Shown in pieces: positions 52,825-64,000 of a stretch of DNA of 64,000 nt. Position 1 is the first letter of the stretch, and each line of letters opens with the position of its first letter. The notes under the pieces were generated by a model, which saw nothing but the letters and a program-made list of their open reading frames with translations, made no database searches and was not told the origin of the DNA. The DNA lies in the NCBI RefSeq assembly GCF_018350175.1, contig NC_058368.1:75952001-76016000 (forward strand). The letters are read 5' to 3'. This DNA is from Felis catus. Its lineage: Eukaryota. A program made the translations under genes and the position numbers.

Positions 52825-53244
52825 GGCAAAGTTGTTTTATTAAACAGTTAGGCAGCAACCTAAAAGCTATAGTTTTTAAAACTTGGTTTGATTCTGTTCA
52901 AACATATGTCCTACCTGCTACCAAATAGCTTTCACATTATAAAGATTTGGGCCCATGCAGAAATTTGTCTGTGAAAACAAATGAAAACAAAATGAAACAA
53001 AGCAACTTTGCTTCACCATGATATGTATCAGCACTGCATTGTCAAATTTGGATGAACAAAAAGTCAAATATGGAAAATACTAATAGGCAATATCCTGATT
53101 TCCAATTACTTGTGTGCTAAATTGCTTAGGGGTCCCTTGCCTTAAATTTAACAAGTGAATTCTTCATTTTCTTAAACCTGACAGGAGAGGGTTGCTCTAC
53201 TTTCACTAAATTCCACCTCAAATTCTTGAATACATTGTTAAACT

Positions 53245-53334
53245 CTGTCAGCACAGAGCCCGATGTGGGGCTCGAACTCACGAACCGTCAGATCATGACC
53301 TGAGCTGACGTTGGACGCTGATCAGACGGACGCG
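53245..53334 (-). mobile_element. Can-SINE internal fragment lacking both ends
   Basis: ctgtcagcacagagcccgatgtggggctcgaactcacg...gacctgagctgacgttggacgct; no CT tract, tail or TSD. Confidence 0.85.
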
Positions 53335-54631
53335 TTCCTGTACTTGACTATTTAGGTAATCAACATCCCCGACATGAGTTGAAACAAATGAAAATGTCAA
53401 AACCTACCAAAGGTCAGCAATATCATACGCTTGAGCCAAGAATATAAAGGAGAAGGCCATTTCTATCTTGTCTACTGGTATGTTTTGGGGGTCTGCAACT
53501 GGCTAATGTCCCATACAAAATGCTTAATAATCACTTGCTCGATAAATGCAAGCCCAACTCCTTGTCCTAATACTGTTTATTTTCGATGTCACATCTTGCA
53601 TATACTTATCCATCTTTCACCTTGCCATTCCATCCGTCCACACACATACAATGTTGCGTGGCCATGACTGATGGGTCAGACAGGAAATTTATTACACTGG
53701 AAGAGTGTAACATTATTAAAGGTAACGAGTGCAAATAGAGTATCTTAAACCACAAGTGCGGTGAATCAAGAATCTAGTTAAATCTTGATCCGCCAGACCA
53801 GAGTATTCATTCAGCTGCAGTAAATCGGAGACTTTCGCCACCGTTGATATCATAACTACGTGCAAATACAGTGAATGGAGATCTGAGACAGATCGACAGG
53901 AGATTACTTAGTTCCTCCCTCAGGCAAGGTCAGCAAAGAAACTGGGGAACAGCTTGTACTACAGACAAAGGCGTGGGCGTAAGCCAGTGTGTTGGGAACA
54001 GTGCTGAGCGTCTGTTCTCCTCTTCCTCTGACTCTAGTCATTGTAGGTCGTATTGAATCACATGACTGCATAGTCACCGGGTCTCTCCCGTTCCACACAT
54101 TGAAATCATTATCTGGAGAGAAGCCGGTACTAGGAAAAGTCAGACTCTCTTTCTCATGGCGCACTTCCAGGGGCCTCTGGCAACAGAAACAACGTCTCGG
54201 GATCTCTCTCCTTGGTTCCACTGCTGTCGCCAGGACAGCAGGGTCTGAAGCTTAGCACCAATTTTTGTTGAATAACAGGTGGTAAGTAATCTAGGGGAAA
54301 CCCCTTCGTTAGAGGATTGCATGGACTGTGAGGCAAGCTAAAGCCGAGAAAGAGAAAAAAGGACTGCACGAAAGGGTGTTGGAAGCAGATTGGCCGACGT
54401 AACCCAAACTCCCTAGAGTCATTAATAGGCCCGCCCTGCAAACCCAAGGAAGGAAATAGAAGCACTAAGGGTGAGGTTGAATCTCAAAGCTCTGAAGGTG
54501 CCTGGCATGCCAGGAACAATAATTCTAAGTGTTCAGGCGTTAGGTACGGGAGGGAACGTCCAAAACCTGGATGGAAGATTTCAAGAAGTGTATCTACTGT
54601 GTGGTAGAAACTAGGTTTGAACCTTCATTTT

Positions 54632-54873
54632 TTCGTTTCTTTGTTTTCGTTTTGTAATTTTTTTTTTTTACGTTTACTTATTTTTGAGAGATAGAGAGAG
54701 ATAGATCACGAATGGGGGAGGAGCAGAGAGAGAGGGAGACACAGAATCCAAAGCAGGCTCCAGGCTCCGGGCTGTCAGCACAGAGCCCGACGCGGGGCTC
54801 GTACCCACGGACCATGAGATCATGACCTGAGCCGAAGCTGGACACTCAACCGACTGAGCCACCCAGGCGCCCC
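54632..54873 (-). mobile_element. Can-SINE
   Basis: TSD gaaccttcatttt. Confidence 0.95.
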
Positions 54874-55379
54874 GAACCTTCATTTTAAACCTTCTGTTTC
54901 CTGTTCATTGGGACAGATGCAGACTCAACATCCAAACTCACTTTTCCTCTCATCATCTGTGCGGCCTGGTGGACTTTACTTAAATTCGCTCTCTTTCAGC
55001 CTCCTCGGCTCCAAAAAGGAACAATGATTACAACGGCCTCACAAGATTGCTGTGAGAAAACAATTAGAAACTCTCACCGAACTGTTTAACATAAGATCCA
55101 GTTTACAGTAAGTGCTCAAGACAACACGCTACTTTCTCAATTCTTAGGAAGTGGCAATGGCAACCAGTTGAGAGCCAGCAGAACTAGGAATGTCAGCGGT
55201 TTCATCAGTTACCGTCCATAATGGATTCTGATGTTTTGCTGGCCCCATCGGTAACCTTGTTATGGCAACAGAAAACCCGCAGGTGGTTTGGGGGACCCAC
55301 CATCTTCTCTGCCCTTGACTCCAGGAGATGGAAGGAGGCTGTGACGTGCGGGGCTCCAGAGGACATCATTCCAATAGAT

Positions 55380-55755
55380 TCGGAGACATGGTCTAGTTTG
55401 GGATCATGTTTCTTCCATGACTGGTTCTGAGGTAGGCACGGACACAAATGAGGCTGATCAGGGCCTCTAAGACTCCCTTCTGGGGTTTAGTTAAGGATAC
55501 CAGGAAGTGCCCCTTTCCTTCCAAAGACAGGTACTGGGGTCGAAAAATAGAACTCGTGGTGATGAAGCTTAATGAATACATGTGAAATGAGATCCACCGT
55601 ATTCTGTGATGACCTCCGAGCCCTTGAATTAGCCCCACTTAAAAATCTACTCCGAAACTGTTAGTTATACAAGTCAATGAAGTATTGGATTTTGCATAAG
55701 CAAGGTTGAGTTGAGTTTTCTCTCACTTGTAACAAATAGCATCCTAACCGACTCA
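55380..55755 (+). mobile_element. MaLR MLT1K/L-like LTR remnant
   Basis: 3' end ttgagttgagttttctctcacttgtaacaaatagcatcctaaccgactca. Confidence 0.65.
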
Positions 55756-56099
55756 TGGTCATTGATACACTCCATAATTGCTATTGATCACAACTTCTGC
55801 TTACAAAGTTAGGAGCTCAGAGGGGTTGGCCTCAACTAATTTATCATGCGTACGCGGTCCCTAAGTGGGTTACAAGCCCTCGCACACATTTACTATTGCC
55901 CACTAGCCGATTTCTCTTGATCTTAATGTGCTTTTTTTCCCCCCTTTAAATACAATAATAGTAGATGAAAATAGTGGAATAATAAATGTGGATAGATTAT
56001 CATGAGATTTTAAGTGAAATCACCATGATAATTATATTTTTAAGTATTTTAGGCTTAAGTTTATATACTTTTTTGTTTCTGTTTTAGAAACTAAAATGG

Positions 56100-56135
<36 letters not shown>

Positions 56136-57035
56136 TTTTCTTGTTAACCTGAAAATGTGCCCAAGGGCTAGAAAGCAATGGGGAGATACATTAACTTGAG
56201 TAAGTAAATATCTGCTTCTTGTCCTCAAAGTACCTGAGGGCTTCAGTGATAGGTACTATGTAAATGCAAAAGTAGCCTGGAATGAAAATAGCTTGGAGCT
56301 GTCTCAGAGAGCAAAGCTATTAACCCTAGGGTTCTGGTCACATTCTAGCTCTGGCAAGTGTTCAGTGCGGATTTAAATCAGTGCCATTTTATTTGAAAGC
56401 GGGGTAACTCAGAGACAGCACATCCTCTCGGGCAGCATTCGTGAGCCTTACTGCGAGTTGACATTTAATGCACTCCAACGCACCCAAGGCAGAGGTGCGA
56501 CAGGTATTCTTTACCACAGTGTAGGGAACAGAAATGCAGACTGTATGCAGGGGGCCTGTGCAATCTTTAGATTGCCTTCATTTCTCTTAAGTCTTTAATA
56601 GTTCATATAACAAATACAAGGGGTAGGGAATGAGCTGGGTTTAGTAACGAGCATACCTCGTAGTGTTAGGAGAGTAAACCGGCTTATACTTAAACATTTA
56701 TAACTAACTGCACTCCATTTCTTCTGCATAGATTAGAGAGAGAGAGAGACAGAGAGACAGAGACAGAGAGAGAAAATGGGTGAGCACTCCAAGATTTAGA
56801 CTGAAAGCCAGGAGAGCCTAAGATATGTTCAAAAAGTGAAGGCAGACTACCTCAGAGAGAGTTTGAATTATGTCAAGGGGAAAAGCTATTGAATCTGTTT
56901 TTAAAATTATTCTTGACGATGTAAGAGTAGTTACGGAAAAGAATAAGGTAAGCTCCAGGTGGAAAGCAGCTATGTAATGATCGAGCGACTGGATATTAGG
57001 CATAAAGAAATGAAGATCAACTTGAATGATTTCAA

Positions 57036-57235
57036 CGTTTATTTATTTTTGGGACAGAGAGAGACAGAGCATGAACGGGGGAAGGGCAGAGAGAGAGGGA
57101 GACACAGAATCGGAAACAGGCTCCAGGCTCTGAGCCATCAGCCCAGAGACCGACGCGGGGCTCGAACTCACGGACCGCGAGATTGTGACCTGGCTGAAGT
57201 CGGACGCTTAACTGACTACGCCACCCAGGCGCCCC
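57036..57235 (-). mobile_element. Young felid Can-SINE without poly(A) tail
   Basis: 19-bp direct repeat tcaacttgaatgatttcaa at 57017-57035 and 57236-57254. Confidence 0.95.
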
Positions 57236-58017
57236 TCAACTTGAATGATTTCAAGAAGGCCTCCAGGAAGTTTGGATGCAGGAAAAAGGAGAAAGGGCAC
57301 CGAAACGTACAGAGTCGAAAATGGCGGCAGAGCATGTTCTGATTTATGGGACACATTCCCAAGATTTGAGTCCTAGGTGGTTCGAAAGACAGCTTCCTCC
57401 CAAGGGTCAATATGGAGAATCTTTGGTTTTTCAGCAGCTGTGGACCTTTCTAAGAGTTTCCAAAATAACAGCTAATGACTCCCTCATCACCTGCAGCCTC
57501 GTAGATACGTTGTAATATACATGACAGGCCATTTTTTCCGTCTCTAAATTAAAAGAGAAGCATTTATTGGGCTTTAAACTAGCCCTCAGCATGGCAGAAT
57601 TGTCCATTTTGAATAAAAATCCTTAATAAAACCTTTCCTTAGATTTTCAAATATGCAGAAATTTGTTGTCTAAAGACGCATTTTGAGGGAGACAATTGTT
57701 TAGTAATAATTATAGTGACAGTTAAGTCAAACTGGAAAACCATGTTCTTATTTGTAATTTGGAACACATACTCAGGAAGTTTATGGTGTATTTGATAAAG
57801 AACAAAAATGTGTACAATGCATCACTGTAAGTGATGAAAAGCAGAATGTTCCCCTTATTTTCTAAGGCAAAGAGCTCAGTTTTCCAAATAAAATATGCTA
57901 ATACGCATCTATTTTTTAAACAGTAAAATAAATTTCCTAAAATGAACCTAAAACAAAATTTTCTTCCAAAATTATTCCACCTGAGCGTATTGCTGCTTTA
58001 GAGGGTATATTTTAAAC

Positions 58018-58249
58018 TGTTTTTTTAATTTATTTTTTATTTTTTTTAATGTTTATTTTTGAGAGCGACAGACCGAGTACGAGCAGCATAGGAGCAGAGA
58101 GAGAGGGAGACACAGAATCTAAAGCAGGCTCCAGGCTCTGAGCCGTCAGCACAACACAGAGCCTGACGCGGGGCTTGAACCCACTGACCACGAGATCATG
58201 ACCTGAGCTGGAGTCAGACACTTAACCCACTGAGCCACCCAGGCACCCC
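58018..58249 (-). mobile_element. Can-SINE
   Basis: Canonical; small internal duplication cacaacacag. Confidence 0.93.
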
Positions 58250-58345
58250 AAATTGCTTTCTTTTTTACAGCAAGGGGATGCAAAACAAGAACAACAAGAA
58301 ACAGCAAAAGCGACTGGAGGTGAGGTTTATATGGTTCAAGGAAAA

Positions 58346-58355
58346 CCATATATGG
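58346..58355. promoter_or_regulatory. Perfect CArG box (candidate SRF site)
   Basis: CCATATATGG fits CC(A/T)6GG; motif match only. Confidence 0.35.
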
Positions 58356-58914
58356 GGTGAAGAAATAAAATGAAACATCACCTAAGACATATAAACCCCT
58401 GGAGTGCGCCAATCTGCCCTCCTATGCACAGCATACCAACCCAGAACTGTCATCCCTGCTTCTCATCTTGCAAACATGCATCTTTACTTCCGAGGAGACC
58501 CCAGCTTGAGAAAGCAGATCCAGTAGCTGTGCGTGATGCCACAGGAGCCAAGCTGGAGAAGCAAGTCACGGTCATGACCCGTGCAAGGGCAGGTCACGCC
58601 AAACAGCCCAATTACAAAACACAAAATTTTAAAAAAAGAAAAAAAAAAAAAAGATTTCCCCCGTTTGTATGTGATTTTGTTTCGTTTTGTTTTTAATTGA
58701 CTAAAAATACTGGCAATACTATATACAATATATACTATATTGCTGGCAAGCAATCCATTAACTCACTGCTACTTTAAAAGGACTCACTGAATAAGCTGTA
58801 ACATTCTGCCAGGTAAATAATGCAAGGTTTTGTATATTGTATTTTTATATACGCGGAAGGCTCTCAGAGATGACAAGGGACCCATTTTTTTCAACTTTTA
58901 TCTTAAATTCCTTC

Positions 58915-59136
58915 TTAAGTTTATTTACTTATTTTGAGACAGACAGGGACAGCATGGGTGGGTGAGGGGCAAAGGGGGGGGGGGGGAAGAGAGAGAGAGA
59001 GAGAGAGAGAACCCCAAGCAGGCTCCTTGCCATCAGCACAGAGCCTGACTCAAGGCTCGAACTCATGAACTGTGAGATCATGACCTGAGCGGAAACTAAG
59101 AGTCAGACTCAACCAACTGAGCCACCCAGGCGCCCC
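58915..59136 (-). mobile_element. Can-SINE
   Basis: Canonical; TSD ttaa(a)ttcctt. Confidence 0.93.
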
Positions 59137-60693
59137 TTAATTCCTTTGTGCGTGATATCCAAATTCAAGGGTCCGAGATTTAAAATTAATGAGGAGGTCT
59201 GTAATCTTTCAGGGAGATCTTAACAGCCCACTAGGCACAAAAAGACTAAAAGAAGGGCAGACTAAAATTCATTTTTCTTCCTGCAGCATGGTTCGTGACT
59301 TAAACTCATGAAGCAATAATTTCTTTTTTCTTGAAGAACAAATAAAAGCCTTGTGCTCGCTCTCACTTCACATTTGAATCTGACTCATACCGTTGCTCTA
59401 AATGAAATTTGTCATGCATCTTTACCCAGATGGATGTTGACTTTCTGTTGTGGAAAAGAATTCATCCGGTGTTAGCGTCGACCACGCTGGTATTTGGAAG
59501 CAGCCAAAAGACCCTTGGGAGACATAATACATGGCTCCTCCTGGCTTGCCAGCAGAGGACAAGATGGGAAATGGTGTTTAACCCACATAGCAGTGCGGAC
59601 ACCCTCGCTAGAATCATCAACCTCTTCCTCTGTCCTCCAGCCCATGAATTTGTTGAAAGCTCACTTCCCACACAGGCCATAGAAACCACCTCTGATGGCC
59701 CATGTGACATCCGGGAGGGGAAGGCCTGGAGCCCCTCCACAGGACAATTTGGGGTCATTTGTCCAAATTTGGACCTGACGATACACTCTAGGAACCCCAG
59801 CCCAATCTACAAGTGAGGAAGTAGAGGCAAGAGGTGGTTCAGTGCCCAGTTCCTGGTGATGAGACGCTTTATTTTGAGATCAGTATGTACTTTGTTGCCC
59901 CTGAGTGTCTCCTTCTGGTTTTTTCCAAAGAAGCAGATGAAAAATAGAAAATAGAAATGCTGCTGCTGTCCTTCTAGATCTTGGGACTGACTTTTAGAAA
60001 ACTTCATTTGTTATTACCTTCCCTTAATAAAAAAGCAATTTTAAAAACTTAAAAAAAAAAACAAAAAACAAAAGGAGACCAGAGCCAAAGGCATTGAATT
60101 AGTCATCAAAATATGTGGCTATTAAAAATTACCATCTTAATTTTGGAAAAAATAATCAAAGTTTTGAGATAGTTTCAATGCCTTAACTTCAAGATCAGAT
60201 AAGAGAAAGCAATAAAGGAAAAAAGCAAATCAAGACTGTAATTTCCCAGGCAGTGACCCATATACGCCAGAAGGGAGTTCTATAAACAAGCAATAACAAT
60301 CAGTATCCCTCGCTGGAGAAAAATGCCCAAAGATTTAAAAATCTTGGTAATCATTTGTAGCACTTATGGTTAAGAAAGTAATTAACATTCATAAAAACAT
60401 ATATATTCCATGATTATAACTTCTTAGAACATTTTTTGACCTCACTTCATTTTCAGGAGTGGGAAGTTTTATTTTGACCTTTTCCGGTGTTACATTCTTG
60501 AAATTGGATCATCAACTATCTCTTAAATATTATTCTTTGAAGAGAGCGTATAATTATAAATGCAAATTATGAGCTTGAAACCTGAAAGATGTGTTGCCTT
60601 TTTCAAGTATTTATCCTTTGAAATGTTCAAAATAACATATTGACAAAGGTGTATGCTTTAAAGAGGCTTTAACAAAACATCTGTGATATGATT

Positions 60694-60707
60694 GTTGCTA
60701 TGGCAAC
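60694..60707. promoter_or_regulatory. RFX X-box (candidate)
   Basis: GTTGCTATGGCAAC, one mismatch from the palindrome GTTGCCATGGCAAC, in apparently unique sequence. Confidence 0.5.
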
Positions 60708-61008
60708 TGGTTTATTAAACATTAAAATTATTAACTCTGAAAGCCATTTAGCCTAACATGAAAGGAGGAACTTTAGAAACGTAATTGAGGCATAATAGGA
60801 AAATAATCTCACAGCAGAAGGACCTCCTCCATGTTGCCTTCTGGGACCAGAAAGATCTGTAGAAAAACGTCACGGCTGGTCCTTAGGGGTTGCAGGGATA
60901 TGAGAGAGTGAATTGTGATAGACCCCTGGGACATTTTCAAACATTTGTGTAGGTTTTTATTTCTTCCAAGATCTTCTTAAGACTGCTAGTTCCAGGTTTA
61001 TGTCAACC

Positions 61009-61586
61009 CAGGGTCACGTGACAGCTTTTGTGGGCCTTCGGACTTTTGCCTTCCTTGGACTTTACCATCATAATACTATCAGTATTAAAACTTATTTTTT
61101 TTAAGCATGGAAACATTTCTTTCTTTCTATTTTAGGCAAAATTGAATATATCTGTATGGCCCTTGAAAATTGCATTTTATTTTCTTAGGTTTATTTATTT
61201 TGAGAGAGAGAGAGAGTGCGCACAAGCAGTAGAGGGGAAGAGACAGACAGAATCCGAAGCAGGCTCCACACTGTCAGCGCAGAGCCCGATGCGGGGCTCG
61301 ATCCCACAAACTGTGAGATCATGACCTGACCTGAAATCAAGACTCAGAGGATCAGCTGACGGAGCCACCCAGGCGTCCTGAAAATTGCATCTTATTTTGA
61401 TGTGGGAATGACATGAAAACTTTCCCTTCAAAAAACAAAAACAATGGCAAAGAAATTTTTTCTTTGGCCCTGAAATTTTCTTTCTCTTTTTGACTTTACA
61501 ATAAATTAAGATATTTTCATGGGTCCTAAAAATATCATGGTCCCCAGGCACTGTGACGAAAGCACCCACGGATGAGTCGGTGTCTC
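61009..61586. mobile_element. ORSL-like hAT-Tip100 element interrupted by a Can-SINE
   Basis: attttcatgggtcctaaaaatatcatggtccccaggcactgtg...ggatgagtcgg and gtgggcc...cttttgccttc match recalled ORSL ends. Confidence 0.65.
61183..61378 (-). mobile_element. Can-SINE
   Basis: TSD tgaaaattgcat(t/c)ttatttt. Confidence 0.94.
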
Positions 61587-62146
61587 TTCTTCTCACGTTT
61601 TCTCTCTACTGACTTCATCCCCACACGGCTGCGATGACTACCTGTACACAGACGGCTCACAACTGTCTCTTGGCAAGTCAGGTCATAGCGTCCAAAGTCT
61701 GGCACCCTCTCTGTGTCTCTCAGACACCCCATGGACCACTGCGGTCAATACACCAAAATCCCAATGCGTGCACTGACCCAACAGCCTATGGTCTCATAGG
61801 AACTCTCACCTCAGTTGACAGACCAACCCCTTCCCCAAATTCACCAAGAAGGACAACAATACAATGGCCCCCATCTTAGTCTGGAGCTGGGAAAGAACTT
61901 CATTCCTATTCATGTGTATCTGTGTTTTCCAAGTTATCTTCATTAAGTATTATCAGATAGTAACAAAAGTATTTTGTTAAAACTATCATATCTAAGTAAG
62001 GTGATATGAAAATATTTGTCAACATCTGAACAAATTGTAATGGAATATCAAACTCTTGTCTTATGCTAAGACATAATCAGTTCAAGAGGAGACATGTTGA
62101 AACCCTCATATTGATCATCCCATATTCCAATACAAATCTGGTTTCA

Positions 62147-62278
62147 GGGTGCCTGGGTGGCTCAGTCGGTTAACTATCTGACTTTTGGTTTCGGCTCAGG
62201 TCATGATCTCGTGGTTCCTGAGTTGGAGCCCTGCATCAGGCTCTGTGCTGACAGCACAGAGGCTGCTTGGGATTCTCC

Positions 62279-62310
<32 letters not shown>

Positions 62311-62385
62311 CCTCCCCTCTGCCCCCATGCACTTGCTCTCTCCCTCTCTCAAACTAAATAAATAAACTTAATTTTTTTTTTTTTA
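62147..62385 (+). mobile_element. Can-SINE
   Basis: TSD tctggtttcag. Confidence 0.94.
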
Positions 62386-62497
62386 AATTCTGGTTTCAGT
62401 GAAGAAAGTATCCATCTTATCAGATACAGTAAAAACTATGTTAGGTTAAAAAAAAAGGCAGAGGTGTTTACTGAATTTTGTATTATTGAAATGTCAC

Positions 62498-62888
62498 TGT
62501 TATAGACTGAATTGTGTCCCACCGAGATTCATAAATTGAAGCCCTAATTCCCAGTGCAATTGTATTTGAAAACAGAGCCTTCAGGGAGGTAATTAAGGTT
62601 AAATTAGGTCATAAGAATGGGACCCTAATCCGATAGGACTGGTGTCCTCATAAGCAGGGGCAGCAAAGATCCCTCTGTCCTTCCCACAGGCACAGGGAAA
62701 GGCCACATAACAGCATAGTGAGAAGGTGACGGTCTATAGGCCAAGGAGAGACACAGCGCGGGTAGCCAAGCCTGAGGGCATCCTGATCCCAGACTTACAG
62801 CCTCCAGAAGTGACAGGAAATAAATTTCTGTCATTTCACCCACCCAGGCTGAGGTATTCTGTTACGGCAGCCCTAGGTGACTAACACA
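62498..62888 (+). mobile_element. Intact MaLR MLT1A/B solo LTR
   Basis: TG...CA termini, internal AATAAA, perfect 5-bp TSD gtcac at 62493-62497 and 62889-62893. Confidence 0.92.
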
Positions 62889-63019
62889 GTCACTGATGAA
62901 ATATTTTACCCCTTGGCTAAGGCTGACTAGTCATGTGATTAAGCCCCATGGTCACCCCAGGGCACTCCTTTCCAGGAAGTTAGTTTCACGCCAGTTTCTC
63001 ATTCGTTCAAAAAGATTGG

Positions 63020-63230
63020 AATAATAGCTCATATTTATTAACGCTTTCCTAGGGTGGACATTTTAACTCAACCCCATAATCCTGAGAGGTAAACACTATT
63101 ATTATCCCCATCTTCCAGATGAGAAAGTTGAAGCACAGAGATGTTACTAACTGGCACGAGGTTGCACAAAACGTAATTAATGGAGCTAACCGGTAAACCT
63201 GGCAGTGTGACGACAGAGGTGGTCTTGTTT
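63020..63230 (-). mobile_element. MIR SINE
   Basis: ctattattatccccatcttccagatgagaaagttgaagcacagagatgtt antisense MIR core. Confidence 0.85.
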
Positions 63231-64000
63231 CGTTTCATTTTATTAACCCAGAAAATTACAGGACCTGTTAATGGGTGCGGATGATCAGAAGACACTGAAC
63301 ATCACTTTTCCAATGCAGAGATCTGAATAGGATTATCTGTGGTTTCTCAGATCGTGGAGTATGATGGGGAGGGGAAGTATGCGCCCCTCTGTCCAGCAAC
63401 ATAGTTGCAGGATGCGTGTCCTCAACAGGCACAAAAACGTAATAAAATCACCAAATCCAGAGACTCACATCTGCTTCGGTGCTAGGAGGGTCTTTCCAGC
63501 ACTTCTGAACAGCCCTCGCCTCTCACTCCTGGAAAGGGGCTCTTAGAGACATGGAAGGACACCCCCCGGCAGCACCTATTTGCAAACAGGTCTGACCTCT
63601 GGTTGTACAGCCCAGCTCTCGATGCAGGACACCCCGTGCTCTTAGAACTTCTTTCTGAATTCATCCTTGTGCCTCCCGGGAGGAAAAGTAGTCCTCATCA
63701 TGCTGAGACAGGAGAGGTATTTTGCCTACCGCAGCACACTTGGTAAGAACCCTATTCTTCAACCAAAGAGGGTGTTTTGCAGATGGTAGGACAATTCAGG
63801 TTCTTCCTCACATTATGGTCCAAATCCTGCTCTGGCTTCCGGGATACTTCGAAGCTACTCTCGCACTATTTCATAACTAGGCATGACCTATACAACGTAG
63901 CTCATAAGGAATCCTGGGGAGATGAACGACAAACCCCTTGAAATATGAATACTTCCACTGGGAATGATGCACTCACCTAAGATTATTTATTGTAGAACAC

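Noticed and set aside
59430..59816. 128-codon ATG ORF in unique sequence behind an acceptor-like cccag
   Set aside because: No recognisable homology; this length is plausible by chance in six frames of 64 kb. It would need PhyloCSF or expression support.
2039..62357. Recurring peptide family 'GAWVAQSVKRPTSAQVMI...' and 'ERGRHRIGNRLQALS...'
   Set aside because: These are reading frames of Can-SINE copies, not a gene family.
1708..62385. tRNA-like A/B boxes
   Set aside because: All lie in SINE heads; no complete cloverleaf tRNA gene was seen.
1..64000. CRISPR arrays, operons, defence systems, NUMT, intact retroviral genes
   Set aside because: No regularly spaced repeat-spacer structure, long ORFs, mitochondrial-like sequence or gag/pol/env motifs were seen; the sequence is mammalian non-coding DNA.

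Overview
Mammalian non-coding DNA, very probably from a cat-family (felid) genome. The window holds roughly 39 tRNA-derived carnivore Can-SINE copies, five of them near-identical young copies of the felid SINEC_Fc type. They sit on a background of older eutherian repeats: L2, MIR, MaLR/MLT1 solo LTRs, the DNA-transposon relics MER5A, MER63A, ORSL, Tigger2a and Tigger5b, and L1 fragments including a decayed 3' part of a carnivore L1 ORF2. Several long purine, TA and CA microsatellites are also present. I could not recognise any protein-coding exon, RNA gene, CpG island or prokaryotic system. The ORF track is explained by SINEs, microsatellites and chance, so the window looks intronic or intergenic. 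I found no convincing new biological system. The most interesting items are atypical retrotransposition structures (a tailless SINE with a 19-bp TSD, nested and inverted SINEs, a chimeric SINE carrying a perfect splice donor downstream of a TATA box) and several repeat-free stretches with clustered TF motifs that look like enhancers. Repeat family names come from recalled consensus sequences, not a database search, and the boundaries of old repeats are approximate.
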